Source: Catajapyx aquilonaris (lineage: Eukaryota). From it: a stretch of 38,609 bases of DNA. Where the stretch lies: the NCBI GenBank assembly GCA_000934665.2, contig KZ538959.1:1-38609 (forward strand), given 5' to 3'. Below are positions 12,300 through 24,249 of the stretch, one piece after another (within the stretch, counting starts at the first letter, position 1; every line of letters begins with the position of its first letter). Position numbers and translations under genes: made by a program. Under the pieces are notes generated by a model that saw only the letters and a list, made by a program, of their open reading frames with translations, searched no databases and had not been told where the DNA came from.

Positions 12300-12900
12300 G
12301 TTTGCTCTAAATATCCCTGAAATATCCTGCCTATATAATTATACAGTGCACTGTTGAAAAATCGTCGTGAACTTTCGGCAATAATGGCCCGCTTCCTACC
12401 TGTTGCGACTTCGGAAAAGACAAGCGAGCCTTTTGCAAACTAATTCCCTGTAAATTAGCACACTTTTTGCCCCTCGTCAATTGCTCAGGAGTCCGCGAGC
12501 AGCCAGGCAGCCCCGACAACCACTCTAAAGACTCTTATTCCGGTTGAGCCTAGGATGCAAATCCTTTTCTCGCTTGGCAAGTCTTCTAAATTGCTCCTTT
12601 CAAGGTTCTATTTCAGTAGACTCTGATGCGCAACCCCTTCTCTTTGTCTGAAGACAGCCCCCCCTGCCTTTCCAGATTGCTGAAAACCGCCGGATTCTGT
12701 TCGACGTAATGTGCATGCCCTCCAGGGGAAGAGAGCCTTTATATGAAGCTAATAGAAATATATGGCACAACTTTTGTGTGCTGTCAACGTCAATTCTTTC
12801 CTGCAGTACTGTGAAGGGTTCACCTGGGCCAGTGCATAAAATATATGGCGCCCAAGTTCGCAGGCTTAAGGCAAATGGTATTGTGCAACGCATTCGATAA
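12300..12900 (-). mobile_element. Degenerate LINE RT (domains 1-4)
   Basis: TIPFALSLRTWAPYILCTGPGEP...DSTQKL (ORF 12600..12893) and PKSQQVGSGPLLPKVHDD (ORF 12331..12519, cf. PQGSVLGPLLF). Confidence 0.5.
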
Positions 12901-13799
12901 TTTTAATGCTTCAATCAGAGCAGGGGCCGGCCTCCAACAATGCCATTGTGGATGGTCCATTAATGATAATTAGAGGCGGTTAGTTAAAGCGATGTATCCT
13001 CCCTGCACCAGCCTGAAACTGCTAAGTCCGCGATTTATTTCCTTCTAGCTTAACTTGAGAGGTACGACTTACTCAACTTCCTAATAAACTAATAAATTAA
13101 GCCATGTTTTTTCCCTCCTCAGCCTGCAACCTTCGATTTTCCGATACTGACATTTTTCCCCTTCTCCGGCTCCTTAATTGTCGTGCGAAATAATAAAAAA
13201 GGCTGTCGCCCCATCTGGAGTCCCCGCTTCCAGCCCCAAAGTTGACGTCGGCATCCATTCCAGTTTCTAGGAGGAAATGGAAATAAATGAGTACTCACTT
13301 GCAGTAGTAGAGCCTGCCCTCGTTGGTAAAGTGGACCGTCCATCCTGGCTTGAGACTGCTCTGGATGGAATCGAGCAGTCGCTGGGTCTCCGTACCGGAC
13401 GGGGCAGCAGGGCAGCTGTTACCGTACCAAGGGTTCAGGTACATTGAAACCTGTCCACCCCCTCATTCAGAACCTGTAAAGAAAGATAGGGGGAAAAGAT
13501 GAAGTCTGCATAATAATTCACAGGTGCGGAACCAATTAGTTGCTAACCCATCATGATAGGCAGTGGGCATTGTGGTGGTCAAAAGCGCCTGTGCGGGGGT
13601 GGATGTAATGTAATTTTGTGGTTTGACATTGGACACAATGGGAGGGTAGACCCCCTGCCCCGTTAGGCTGCGTGTATGAAATTTCAGAGCTTGCTATTGA
13701 ACCGCTATATGTTCCGCACAATGACAGCCAATATCGAGAATGTTGGTTCGTAGTTGACTAACAAAAGCGTCGCTTCTCTGAGCATCGCGTCAAAAGGGA

Positions 13800-14250
13800 T
13801 CAAGCGACTCCCGTATCCAATTACCCCCCACCAGCCATGTCATCATTAACCCCTCGATCCGTGGTAATTGACGCCTATAGGGGACACTGATTTGTCCATC
13901 CTTCCTCGAACAACACTCCAAGATGAAAATAAGTGCTAGAGACACACGCACGATGCAAGATTGTAGACCAGATTTTATATGGCCATTGCCATCGATTCCG
14001 TTCTATGGCCTGAAGCAAGGAAGAGGGTCATCAGCAACGCCATTACACCCCACCTGACCCGCCCGGAAATCAAAAGTCTAATAGTAGGCCTACCCAGAGA
14101 TAAGCTGTTTGATGAAGGACACTTTGGGCTCCCCCATCCACCGCCCCTAAACTGCACAACTTTGCCGCCCCTTCCATGACTCTCCGGAAGCTCCCTAATG
14201 GCAATTTCAGGGAGATTAAAGAGGCGTTTCCCCCCAGCAGATGCGACTTT
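13800..14250 (-). mobile_element. Degenerate LINE RT (domains 4-6)
   Basis: FRGGGWGSPKCPSSNSLSL (cf. RGxxQGSPLSPxLF), followed about 25 codons later by GVADD in an adjacent frame (~14040-14027). Confidence 0.4.
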
Positions 14251-14949
14251 TATTTGTACCGTCAATATCTTTCGATCAGCCGTCTGCATTTATCTGGGAC
14301 ATAATGAAAGTTACAACGTTCAGCTTTAAAAAAAAAAAAGTCTGCCCCCTTTGAAACAGTACAATGTTAAGCAAACGATTCCAATGTTGACAATGAGCCA
14401 CGGTAAAATAATTGTCAGCATACGTGTGCGTTCCTTTGATCAACATTAATCAAATTTTGCCTGCACTACAGTCCCACATGCTGATGGCGAGCCCTAGTTC
14501 GACACCCCAAAAAGGAGCAAGGTTGCCTCCCTGCTCTAGGACGAAATGAAAATTTCCACATCAATCCTGCCTTAGTTCTCGTAGAAACCGGCCACAAAAG
14601 TCTGCCAGACTAGTCCATAATAAAACCATTGAGCCCTCCCTCAGTTGAATCAGAAAATGGTGTGCCTTCTTTCCCCGGTGCGTCGCTCGCGAAGAAGAAA
14701 AGAAGAGCTCGTCGTCATCAGGCTGGCGTCCGTCTCATATGGCCCGCAGGTTATATACAGCAGTATATATTCTCCCTGAGGCTATTGATCTGAAAGCCAC
14801 AATAGGGAAAGGGAAGCTGCGAGGTGGGCATTGAGGAAAGGAAAAAGGGGGGGGGGGAAAGCCTGTGCCCCCCAAAAGGCCTGCGCTGCCCAATTTATGA
14901 CAAATGGCTCGAAAAGCCTCAGCTCGCCTATAGCTGTGCTGCAGACTCG

Positions 14950-16450
14950 CTTTTCTCCTTTCTGCTCCTCAACTCCAGTTCTATTCAACGTGTACAGAGT
15001 CAGTCAGTAAATCCCTACGAAATTTAGTAAGGTATGAAGCAGGTGAAGTATAATGACAACGCAGCAGTTGGGAGAAACCCTGTACAAGGTATTCATGGGG
15101 AATGCAAGTTCAACCATGTGAATGTTAATTCAGTTTGGTCTAAGGCAGACGTGTACACTGTGCAATGCTCCCCGGCCGTTTCCAAGCAATAGCGGTGCAA
15201 CTGCCATTTCCAGCCCAAAATTAACATGGACTGGCCAACATGGCAAACATGGCATAACACAGCAGGGTATAATTACAGCCCAGAATATACAACCGCTGCA
15301 TTATATCAGTCTTCTTTCATTGCGAGCAGAAATGTATCCCACTGGCGGCATATTCCGTGGTAATGATAAACATAAATGAAGATCGTTACTTGCAAATCAT
15401 TTGAGATTTATAGAATCTGTAATTTCACACCAGTACAACCATCACACGACTCTTGTAATACGACCTGCCACATTTTGAGCTTCTCTACAACTTCAGGATA
15501 GCCCACAAAACCACAAAACAGACGGGGAAATCGACGTGCGAAACTACATTACACATGACGTACGGGCCAGGTGGCAACAGGTAGCTAGTACTCCGGTAAA
15601 TCTCCTCTAGTTAGAAATTGGTGTCGGAGGAGGTTGAGAAAGGGCCATTTCGTCTTAGCCCCCCCTTGCTTCCGATAACCAAGATAAAGTAGAATCACAC
15701 CGAGGAAACAATTATCGCCCTGGTGGGCCCGTAAACATTTTGGCACGTGCAAACCTCCGGGTTCTTTGGCCTCTAACCCCTGAGTGAGCTGCAAAGGAGT
15801 CGGCATATAAGGCCGGAGGAAAACGACGTTGCTTCGCAAAACCCAGGGGCGATTTACAACAGGGCCCAGCGCAGCCAATTATCGGCCTCGTGATTTACAT
15901 GGTCCCAGGCACCCTTCTCCCCCACACCCATTTCCTACTGGACTCTCTCCAACTTCCAACTGGACCACCATATAAGTTGCAACGGGCAAAAAAAAAAACT
16001 GCTCATGTTGTAAAACTGCTAACCCAAGCCGTTACAACGACACAGCTAGAACCGCCGGAATAATCTGATAATAATCCGAGTTTCCACTTGGCAACACTGC
16101 CCGGCGCACACTACCGCTCCCCGTGGGAAAGTAGTTCTACCTGCACGTTGGTGATGAGTCCCCGCCTAGCCAATTCAATATGCGCAATTTGGCCTCCTGC
16201 AGCGATGCATCTTGCAACCAACTAATTTTCTTAGCGCACTCAGCGGCTTGAATTATCGAGGGGGCAACAATGAGGCATAGCTCCTGGTTGACCCCTGTTC
16301 CGCACCGAGCACCAACCGCGTAGGTGCCTGTGGCAGTTTTACATGAGAGGTTCCCGGAAACGAGCGAGTTTCCTGCGAGCATGCAGCAGAACCCCTTCCC
16401 AAGTACCCCCCGCAAACCCAACCCACCCACCCGACCGACCGATTGCACAA
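14950..16450 (-). mobile_element. Degenerate LINE RT (domains 0-7) plus thumb
   Basis: GGDSSPTCR*NYFPT (cf. KxGDxxxCxNYRP); QHEQFFF; KGAWDHVNHE (~15918-15889, cf. KGAFDxVxH); RAHQGDNCFLGVILLYLG (cf. RQGDPLSPxLFxLY); VVEKLKMWQVVL. Confidence 0.65.
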
Positions 16451-16459
16451 GTCGCGTGA

Positions 16460-16760
16460 TACCGACGAGATTGGGCTCATTCCACTAGCATGCTATAGGT
16501 TGACCTGTGCGGAAACTCTTCCTCGCCCGGGTAGGAAACACAAGGCGGGGTGTGTAGCAGCCGGAGTTGGCAAATTTTGAGGAGAATTTGTGGCATATCG
16601 CTTCCTCACGTTCCACCGGAGACTAGCAGAGACATATTGTACAAAAAAGAAGGAATAGGTATCGCGATATCTGCAGACGGGAGCGTCTATTCTCCGGGAA
16701 AGTAATGGAAACCGAGGAGCTTCGGAGGTGATTTAGTGGAACATGTTCTGTGCTCACTAC
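16460..16760 (-). mobile_element. Degenerate LINE RT domain 7 / thumb
   Basis: SPPKLLGFH (cf. TPKLLGV) and VSGGT*GSDMPQIL (cf. AGxTWG...L). Confidence 0.45.
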
Positions 16761-17099
16761 CCATGAAGGAGAAATCCAAATAATGTGACACTCTCAACCA
16801 TATCAAAACCCAATCTTCAGTAGTCGCAAATAATATTCATATGTTAATAATTCGAACAACGGTACCGCGGTATAGCCATCGATCACTACGATCAAAGTTT
16901 GCAACAACTATAGGTTAAACTAATGTAATGTAATTAATTTAACAGTATCTGTTATTAAACTCTGCCATATATACTGCAATATCAAATTATGGTACTGTAC
17001 ATAATAGCAACATTTAATGAGACATAATTTGCACAAGTATAAATCATATTAATAACAATATAATGGGTATCTTTCATCATGAGTAAGTAAAAATACAAT

Positions 17100-17620
17100 T
17101 ATTCCCAGTAATCAAAAACAAAATATCGAAATGAAGGGAACTTTACACAGTGACAGCCTGTTGGGGAAGGTATAATTATGTAAAGAACATTGATGCACCC
17201 ACGGTGTGCTCCTAATATTTCGTCGCAATGACAAGAATGTAGCCAAAAACGTGCTCCAACGCTATAATTGTTATTTACAAACCAGTGTGGTCCGACACCT
17301 GGTCCAATATCGACCAATATTTGGTTGCATCGCCGATATCTGACCGACATTACGCTCTCCACTCATACAATTTAAGCATCATTACTACCAGCACAATGAC
17401 CTGAGCCCCCCTCTAGCCAAAATCGTCATCAAACGTCAGATGAAAAGCAGCAAAAACATTCAGGTCCATCTCTCATCTGACAGGCACACCGTCGTGCAAC
17501 ACATGCCCCAATCAAAATATAGGTCGATAACAAACAGCAGGCATGTTCCACCCATTGAAAACATCGGTCACCATGTATGGCGCGAATTTCAAACCTCTAA
17601 AAAAAATTTCGGCCATCGGC
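17100..17620 (-). mobile_element. Possible degenerate LINE RT (domains 4-7)
   Basis: FNGWNMPAVCYRPIF*L, then LTFDDD (~17437-17420, cf. F/YADD), then ARFWLHSCHCDEIL. Weak. Confidence 0.35.
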
Positions 17621-18030
17621 TTTCATGAGGCGGGCCATGCTGTGCGCCGCATGTGGGAGGGGGTCCTCCCCCCCCCCCCCCCCCNNNNNNNNNNNNNNNN
17701 NNNNNNNNNNNNNNNNNNNNNNNNNNNNNNNNNNNNNNNNNNNNNNNNNNNNNNNNNNNNNNNNNNNNNNNNNNNNNNNNGGGGGGGGGGGGAGAAACTA
17801 GTCCGTGGCGGTTGCGCCCGAAAAGCCTTTGGGGAAAACCCAATCTCCTGCACGCTCTTTGCTCCATTTGCTGCAAAAGTGAGGCTCAAACCCCGTTTCA
17901 CCCAACACTGAACCCACTGCGCCAATTGTTTACAATTCTAGCTCCAGCCTGTGTTCACTATACCTCTTCCAACACACACACACACAAAATCGGCTACTCT
18001 TTCGTATCGGGATACCTCGCACTTTTAGGC

Positions 18031-18084
18031 GTGTATCCGCTGAAGGATGGGGTGTATCCGCTGAATGCTGTGGTGTATCCGCCG
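18031..18084. repeat. 21-bp tandem repeat (~2.6 copies)
   Basis: gtgtatccgc starts at 18031, 18052 and 18073. Confidence 0.95.
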
Positions 18085-18499
18085 AGAAGAAAGATTAGGT
18101 AGGTTGGTGCCGCCCCTTCCACATTCGGTCTCCCATTACGAAATTCCTTCCAAAAAAGATGTCCGGATTTTTAGACAATGCTAAAAATATTTGCAGAGTA
18201 CAAGTTCAAGGTTCAACCAAACTAAAACCGGTTGTGCCTCAGGTGTAAAAATAAAAGCAAGCCGTCCATTAGATTGGGGGGGGGGGGNNNGGGGGGGGGG
18301 GGGACCCGCAGGGTTGCATTGTGGGGCGGTGGTGCTATTGGCACGCCGCTTACACAAACCCATGCATTGAAAACGAGTTGTCTATCAGAGGAAATTGGGG
18401 GCTCTAATCTCCATTGTTTTCTAGCCGCATCAGTTCAGTTGCACATTAGCACCCTACCTATTTATTAGCCATCCCCTGCCACATGCAACCATGTATACG

Positions 18500-19170
18500 T
18501 CACTCTCCATACCAGATCACGGTAACTGATAACGCTTACATAAAAAACTACGAAGCCAGGATTAATAACCTGGAGGAAATTTGTATATAAAAAATGCGCA
18601 TAACTCTCAAAATTAACGCGTATTCACCTTTGATGACTACATCCTGTGTTTTCAAAATGTCCAGAGGGCAAATGAGGGTACTGGTCTGCCCAGTCATATC
18701 CTTTGCACTCAGATCCTATTTTGGGCAGGCTCATTTAGTGCTTCCAGCGCCATTGGAAACTAGATTTTTTCGACGGATATCATTTGGATGCGATATGATA
18801 TAAAAAAAAGCGCGGGTGGGTTCAAAGCACTGATGGATCCTCGTTATATTTTTGCTGTGGCCCGCCTCAAGGGAAGCTTCCATACGATTTAGCATGGACC
18901 AGGAATGTGGGCCGACATTTTAATGCTTGCAGGGTTGTATATCACCGCGTGAAAAATATAAGACTGGGATGCACTCATAGCCTAGACTTAATTAGCGAAA
19001 GTGCAAGTACGTTCTTCACGACTATGCCAGACCCGATCGTAAATCATATTCTAGGAAGAAAAACGCGCTTTCAAACGCGTAATCCGTAATTAACAGCGTC
19101 TCACGGTGCAGGATTACACCGCCGCTTCTCTTCAGATACGATGGCGTTCACGCCAACATAATGCAAAATA
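18500..19170 (+). mobile_element. Degenerate LINE RT (domains 1-4), truncated at the next element
   Basis: GLITWRK; NAYSPLMTTSCVFKM (cf. SYRPxxLTSxxxKxME); KGSFHTI*H (~18868); INSVSRCRITPPLLFRY (~19089-19139, cf. GVPQG..SPLLF). Confidence 0.55.
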
Positions 19171-19206
19171 TTTTTAGCATATCTCTACAATCCCAAGGAG
19201 AAACGG

Positions 19207-19378
19207 CCTACCCTCAACACTAGTAAGGGTGAAAGTCGCATGCCTGCTCTGCACTAATCCCCCCCTGGGCCAGTGCAGGGCATGCACGCGACTTTCACCC
19301 TTACTAGTTCCCACACTTTGCTCAAGTGTCCTTTCAAAACCATGGATCACTGTTCCATTCAGATCTGTTGAGGGTAGG
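19207..19378 (+). other. Nested inverted-repeat structure; probable 5' leader of the adjacent LINE
   Basis: Arms 19219-19255 and 19272-19308 are 34/37 reverse-complementary with a 16-nt loop. Outer stem cctaccctcaaca (19207-19219) pairs perfectly with tgttgagggtagg (19366-19378). The structure is certain; the leader role is inferred. Confidence 0.85.
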
Positions 19379-19399
19379 AACAATGTTGATTAGCAGCTA

Positions 19400-19880
19400 A
19401 GAGACCGCTTCAAAAGCTGAGTGTGTGAGAGCAGCTGCGTAAAGAGTAATATTTGGCTCTACACGGTTTCTCTGGAGTGGATAGGATCAAATTTGCGTGC
19501 AAGAATGAGCCGGAGAGTGGCGGCAGGTGCAGGCGGTGTGCAGCCATGATCAGGAGATAAAGAGGCTGGGAGGTATGAATTCCGCCATTCCTTCCCTGCG
19601 CGGACTTCCGGAAGATGGGGGCTGGTGAGTGTGACGGTGGGCACAGAGTGGGTGGGGAGAAGAAACAGACGGGACGTAATCCTGGGACTGATCCCCCCCG
19701 GTTCTCCGACGCTTCCAGGGGACCCAAGACCCTTCACGCTAGGGCTTTCTCACCCTGACGAATTGATCCTGCAGACCACTTCTGTCAATTCATGCAGCCC
19801 AGCATGGGCACAGTCCCAAGCAAGGATCCGGACACTTCTGGGACACACTGGGAGGGAGGGACGGGGGGAAAAAATCACCA
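19400..19880 (+). mobile_element. Degenerate LINE AP-endonuclease (5' part of an element)
   Basis: DQICVQE (~19485-19505, cf. DIICLQE); KRLGG; GTEWV...DVILGLIPPGSP (cf. xYIPP); ELILQTTSVNSCSPAW (cf. ILxGDxNxHSxxW). Confidence 0.65.
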
Positions 19881-20559
19881 CTGTGTCCAACTGTGCCTGT
19901 CACAATATGGATTTTACAGTTATTTTGTTACTGATGCTACGAGACATACTTGGCGGAATTTTATGAACTGATCTGACAGAAACTCAAAAGAAGTTTATCA
20001 GCATGACTGATGGAAAATCCATCTGCTCTGAATTTACCATAATGCTACAGAAATTATTGGTTTTGCTAGGGTAAAATCACATTTTAAAATTTTTATCATC
20101 GTGTAATCCACATTTTTGAAAGAGAACCTGAAATATTTCCAGCTACCTGACATACAAAATCTTTGGGGAAAAAATTAGCTGTCTAAGTATGCTCTGAACT
20201 GCACCTACATGTATACAGTTACAAATCCAGTTGTGCAACGCGCAGTTCTAGAAATTTAAAAATACAATTTTAAATTTAGCATTGTACATGTTTTATTGAG
20301 AGCACGGTCCGACCTGCATAAGTATTTCAAGTGCCAAAAAAGGTTACCTCGGCAGGAAAAAAAAATGTGGTTAAAGCAGCACACCTCCAGGTCCTCGTAA
20401 ATACATTATAGGACTTCCCAAGGCCTAACAATGTTTTCGCAGGGGCCACATCCGGACATTTCATCACCTGCAGAAAACCCGTCCCCTTCGCTGTAATCTG
20501 TTAAGCAAATAAAAAAAGAGCACTTCTCACACCTTCAACAAACCTCTCGTTTTTTATAT

Positions 20560-21070
20560 AGATCTTGCTGAAATCGATAAGGAAACGATCCCTAGAACCC
20601 CTTGTACTAGTGAGGGGCACCCAGAAAGTCCATCGGAATATTCGTGAAGCGCCTAATGGAATTTGGGCATGCTCTGGTGACCCCCGTGGTACGTCAGAGG
20701 GATAGGGTCCACCTTCTTCTCCCTCCATCCACCTCTAAAGAGAGCTCAGTAATGTGCCGGCCTCAACCTGATCATTCCGGCCGGGTAAACAGATGGGCCT
20801 TCAGGACAGCTCTTGGCAATCCCGACCAAAGTTATGAGTGGAGGAAAAGGGAAGGAAGTGCAGTTACCNCCCCCCCCCCCGACCAAAAGTAGGATAGGGT
20901 AGCAGGGTGCTATTCGGTCACACTCCAGATGCTCTGGCAACCACCGTCGTTCTTCTTCCCACCACGCCATGCATCTATCCACCCTGCATTTCCATTCCCT
21001 CCAATTTTTGTGCCAGAGAAAATGATGGCCCGTGAAGTAGACCCCTGCATGCAAGCTTCTCTGCAACCCA
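20560..21070 (-). mobile_element. Possible LINE RT domain 7 / thumb
   Basis: LHAGVYFTGHHFLWHKNWREW (cf. YLGVxFDxxLxW). Confidence 0.4.
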
Positions 21071-21599
21071 AGAGAGGCGCTTGGTTTGCATGGAGTCCAG
21101 GATGAAAAAGGAAATTCATAAAAAATCTACAATATGTAGGTACAGTATACACCTTGGGAAACAATTTGCACGGAGGCCAAAAGGAAAACACAATTGGTTC
21201 GATATAGTAGGCAATGGAATTATTAAATACTGTAATTATGCTCCAAAAAGGAAGATCTTGCAAGAAATTCCTCCGTGCTTCGGAATACTGGGGGGCTTAA
21301 TGCTGTGCAGATTACATTGCATCTGGAGAACGCCCTACTGGGATTTAATACAGACACCTTTGTTGTGATTACTTTGCCTCTGGTTTAAGTCGTCTCCCAA
21401 AAAGTGTCCTTCTGGCGTACTTTGCGCTGCTGAAAAAGCACTTCCAGGATTAAAAGTACAGTATGGATTTCAATGGGATCATATGCTCTACCGCACGTTG
21501 CGCTGAAAAACGTCCAACTTTTCTTTTGAAATATTTATCCCGAGCTAGTTGTGAAAATTTTTCCCCACTTTAAAAATTTTTGTAAGGGGAAGCCACTAA

Positions 21600-22200
21600 A
21601 CTAGAATCATGGGATTTGAAGCTACACTAATCTTGGTCCGTGTAATTTTTATCCATCAAATCAGAGTAGCAGTGTTATCACAGTCTCTCGTGCATATTCA
21701 CTAATATGTTCTTATAAGCCGACTTGAATATAACTTCAGAAATTAAGCCCGATTATCATGCAATAACTTGAATTAAATAACATTACCTTATAAACGATTT
21801 GCCAATAGGATTCTGCGAAATTCAGACCTTTCATTACTGTAATGCAGTGATATATGAGCAATTAATACTAATTTTTATCCACAACTGGCACTTAACATAT
21901 CCTGCATGAACAAATTAATAGACACCAGGGAGCAATCACGAATTATGCAGGTCTGCACTGACACGCACTATTTCCCGATTAACATGTGAATATGCATGTT
22001 CAGTACCCGTAATGAGCACATATTTTGAATTCGTATCATGAAGATTCGACCTTGAATCTATTCTCACTCTCACCCCACATGTTCTAAATGCGTCCAATGA
22101 TATTAATGCGACTTGCCTTTTAACAGCACGAAACCATCCCAGGCTAACATGATTCGTCATACCGGAGCAAATGTAAAAATAAGTTTAACAGCTAAGGAAA
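21600..22200 (-). mobile_element. Degenerate LINE RT (domains 2-5)
   Basis: YVLITGTEHAYSHVNREIV (domain 3), VMKGLNFAESYWQIVYKVM (domain 4) and ISEYARETV (cf. YADD), in the expected order and spacing. Confidence 0.5.
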
Positions 22201-22449
22201 TCATGATAAGCAGCTATTGTGCTCTTTTTTTTGTAATACGAACCGTGTAAAGTATTCCCTGTTTTCTTTGAAGAATTGAATTAACGAGAGTTGTAAACGC
22301 CTCGATAAAGCCTATCCGGAAGCAGGAAGGGATAGTTTGGAATGCGATGGAGGAAGCAATTCACGTGGCCCATGAAGAGAGGCGGACAAAACCACACGTT
22401 TGGTAGTGGGGGGGGGGGGGGGGGGGNGGGGGGCGACTAAACAAAAAAA

Positions 22450-22850
22450 AAAAAATCTGATTGCAGCTACATTGAGCGCAATATGGTGCGCGGCCAATGG
22501 GGCCATTCTTCCGTCCATGAGCACGCTGAATTGTATCACAAATGCAGGTCTTTGCTTTTTGGAAGCGGTCATCCGCACCGAAGCCTGCAGACAACTAGAC
22601 TACAATATATATGCACAGCAATGCGCACATCATGGCATTTTCAGCCGTCGATCCCTGTTTAGGCAGCCACCGACGTCATTACCATTAATATCAAAGGATG
22701 TACGGTGAAAGATGGAATCCCAGGCACAAGCCAACTTTGTTGTGGCAAAGATGGGCGATCCTTATAAGAAAGAAAGAAAATTGTAGGCTCCGCATGGCCT
22801 GGAGCAATAACAGGCATCAACTGTGAAGCTACAGTATGCAAGTGCTTTTA
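22450..22850 (+). mobile_element. Possible LINE fragment (RT domains 2-3, or APE N-terminus)
   Basis: CFLEAVIRTEACRQLDYNIYAQQCAHHGIFSRRSL. Assignment ambiguous. Confidence 0.3.
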
Positions 22851-23699
22851 ATAACGTGTGCCTCGTAAGTAATCGATCTAAGTTTTTCTCGGATACTGCA
22901 GTAAAAATGATAAGCAGAAATCCTACCTTCTCGAGCTTAAATGAATTAATTTTGCTTTTATAAAGAGTAAAAACATGACCGTCAGAAATTCAAACCCTTC
23001 ACTTAAAAAAAATGACAACAAATTTTAATATGGTTAAAATACGCATCGCATGCCGTTATTATTTCGCAAATATGTCTCAAGCCTTTTAATTAATTTTTGT
23101 TTCGCTCTTCATAAGTCTCGGGATTTCCCATAACTACCCAATAAAATTAAAATATTCATAGCCCACGCCACCCTGAATAATTCGACATTCTTTATCACCA
23201 GATGCGCTAGAATTACCCAAAATAACGCCCCCTTTAACCGGTATTAAACAGCGATCGTTCCACAAAATCAAATCTCTCGCTAGCCACCTAACGATGTTCA
23301 TTACCGCTTCCGGAACAGAAAAATGAAACTGAAGAAGTATATTTCCTGGGAAGCGCCCCGAGGAACAAAAAAAACGGCGTTCTTAGCAGCAATGAATTTT
23401 GGGTAGAGCGCAATTTCGCAGCTGCAGCCCTACCCTGTAACAAGATATATCGTGCTAGTCATGCCTCTACATTCTCGTCCGTCCTGATCCACGGAGGACC
23501 TCAGACACTCGAGTTACGAGGTTATCCTATACCTAGCTACCACATGATATCAACTACACTACGTATAGTACGCACTGACAGGATTATTAATGGTAATAAA
23601 TGTTTGTATTATAGCGGTGTCTCTGGCCTCATACTTACTCACCCACAGATGGTGCAACCTCCCTATCTGCACACTCCTGCCACGTTCAAGTCGTGGCAG

Positions 23700-24050
23700 G
23701 TGCTGGTACTATCAACTCGGACAAACAAACAGAGCCGATTAGAGCTACCTTATTAAGAGTCTGGGATCCTGCTTCTCGCGGCCTAGATTCAAATCATAAT
23801 ACGCTTATCGTACAAACCACACTTAACTGAAATGATGCGATTAGGCGTTTATCGCGGAACAAAAACCCTCCATCGCATTTTGTCCATTCCACGAGAGACA
23901 TCCAGGTGTCCGCCCGGCAAATCATTAGAAGTGTAGGGGAGTGCATTTGCGGCCCCAACTGAATACCAGATGAGATGCAAAGTCTATAGTGCTTGATATG
24001 CCCAAGCACCCAGGCGAACCCCCACAAAATGCACGATCCAGAGAATTAGC
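23700..24050 (-). mobile_element. Degenerate LINE RT (domains 4-5)
   Basis: ORF 23794..24027: ISSGIQLGPQMHSPTLLMICRAD...GFLFRDK (cf. GVPQG..LSPxLF...FADD). Confidence 0.55.
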
Positions 24051-24249
24051 ACAGCGCTTTGNNNNGGGGGGGGGGGGGGGGGGTGAACTTCAGTTTGCTT
24101 AGTAGGGGACGAGCATAATCAGTCGCGATTTCAGTTCCAGGTCCGTGTGTTACCGGTGAAAATACTGTCCGATTAGTTCTCCACAAGTAATATTTGCCAT
24201 GCCAGGACCGCTGAAAACTTTGCCGCTTTTTCACGCCGCAATGGGTTCG

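Noticed and set aside
16560..16620. Reassigned stop codons (TGA at an expected Trp in GT*GS)
   Set aside because: A single TGG>TGA change explains it. Other stops do not map consistently and frameshifts are frequent.
17280..17330. 2A-like ILVDIGPGVGP, minus strand
   Set aside because: No DxExNPGP, and it lies downstream of an FDDD motif, so more likely within RT.
18031..18084. CRISPR-like repeat-spacer array (also 1397-1442 and the TGCGCA clusters)
   Set aside because: Units are too short, there are no 25-45-nt unique spacers or cas genes, and the context is eukaryotic.
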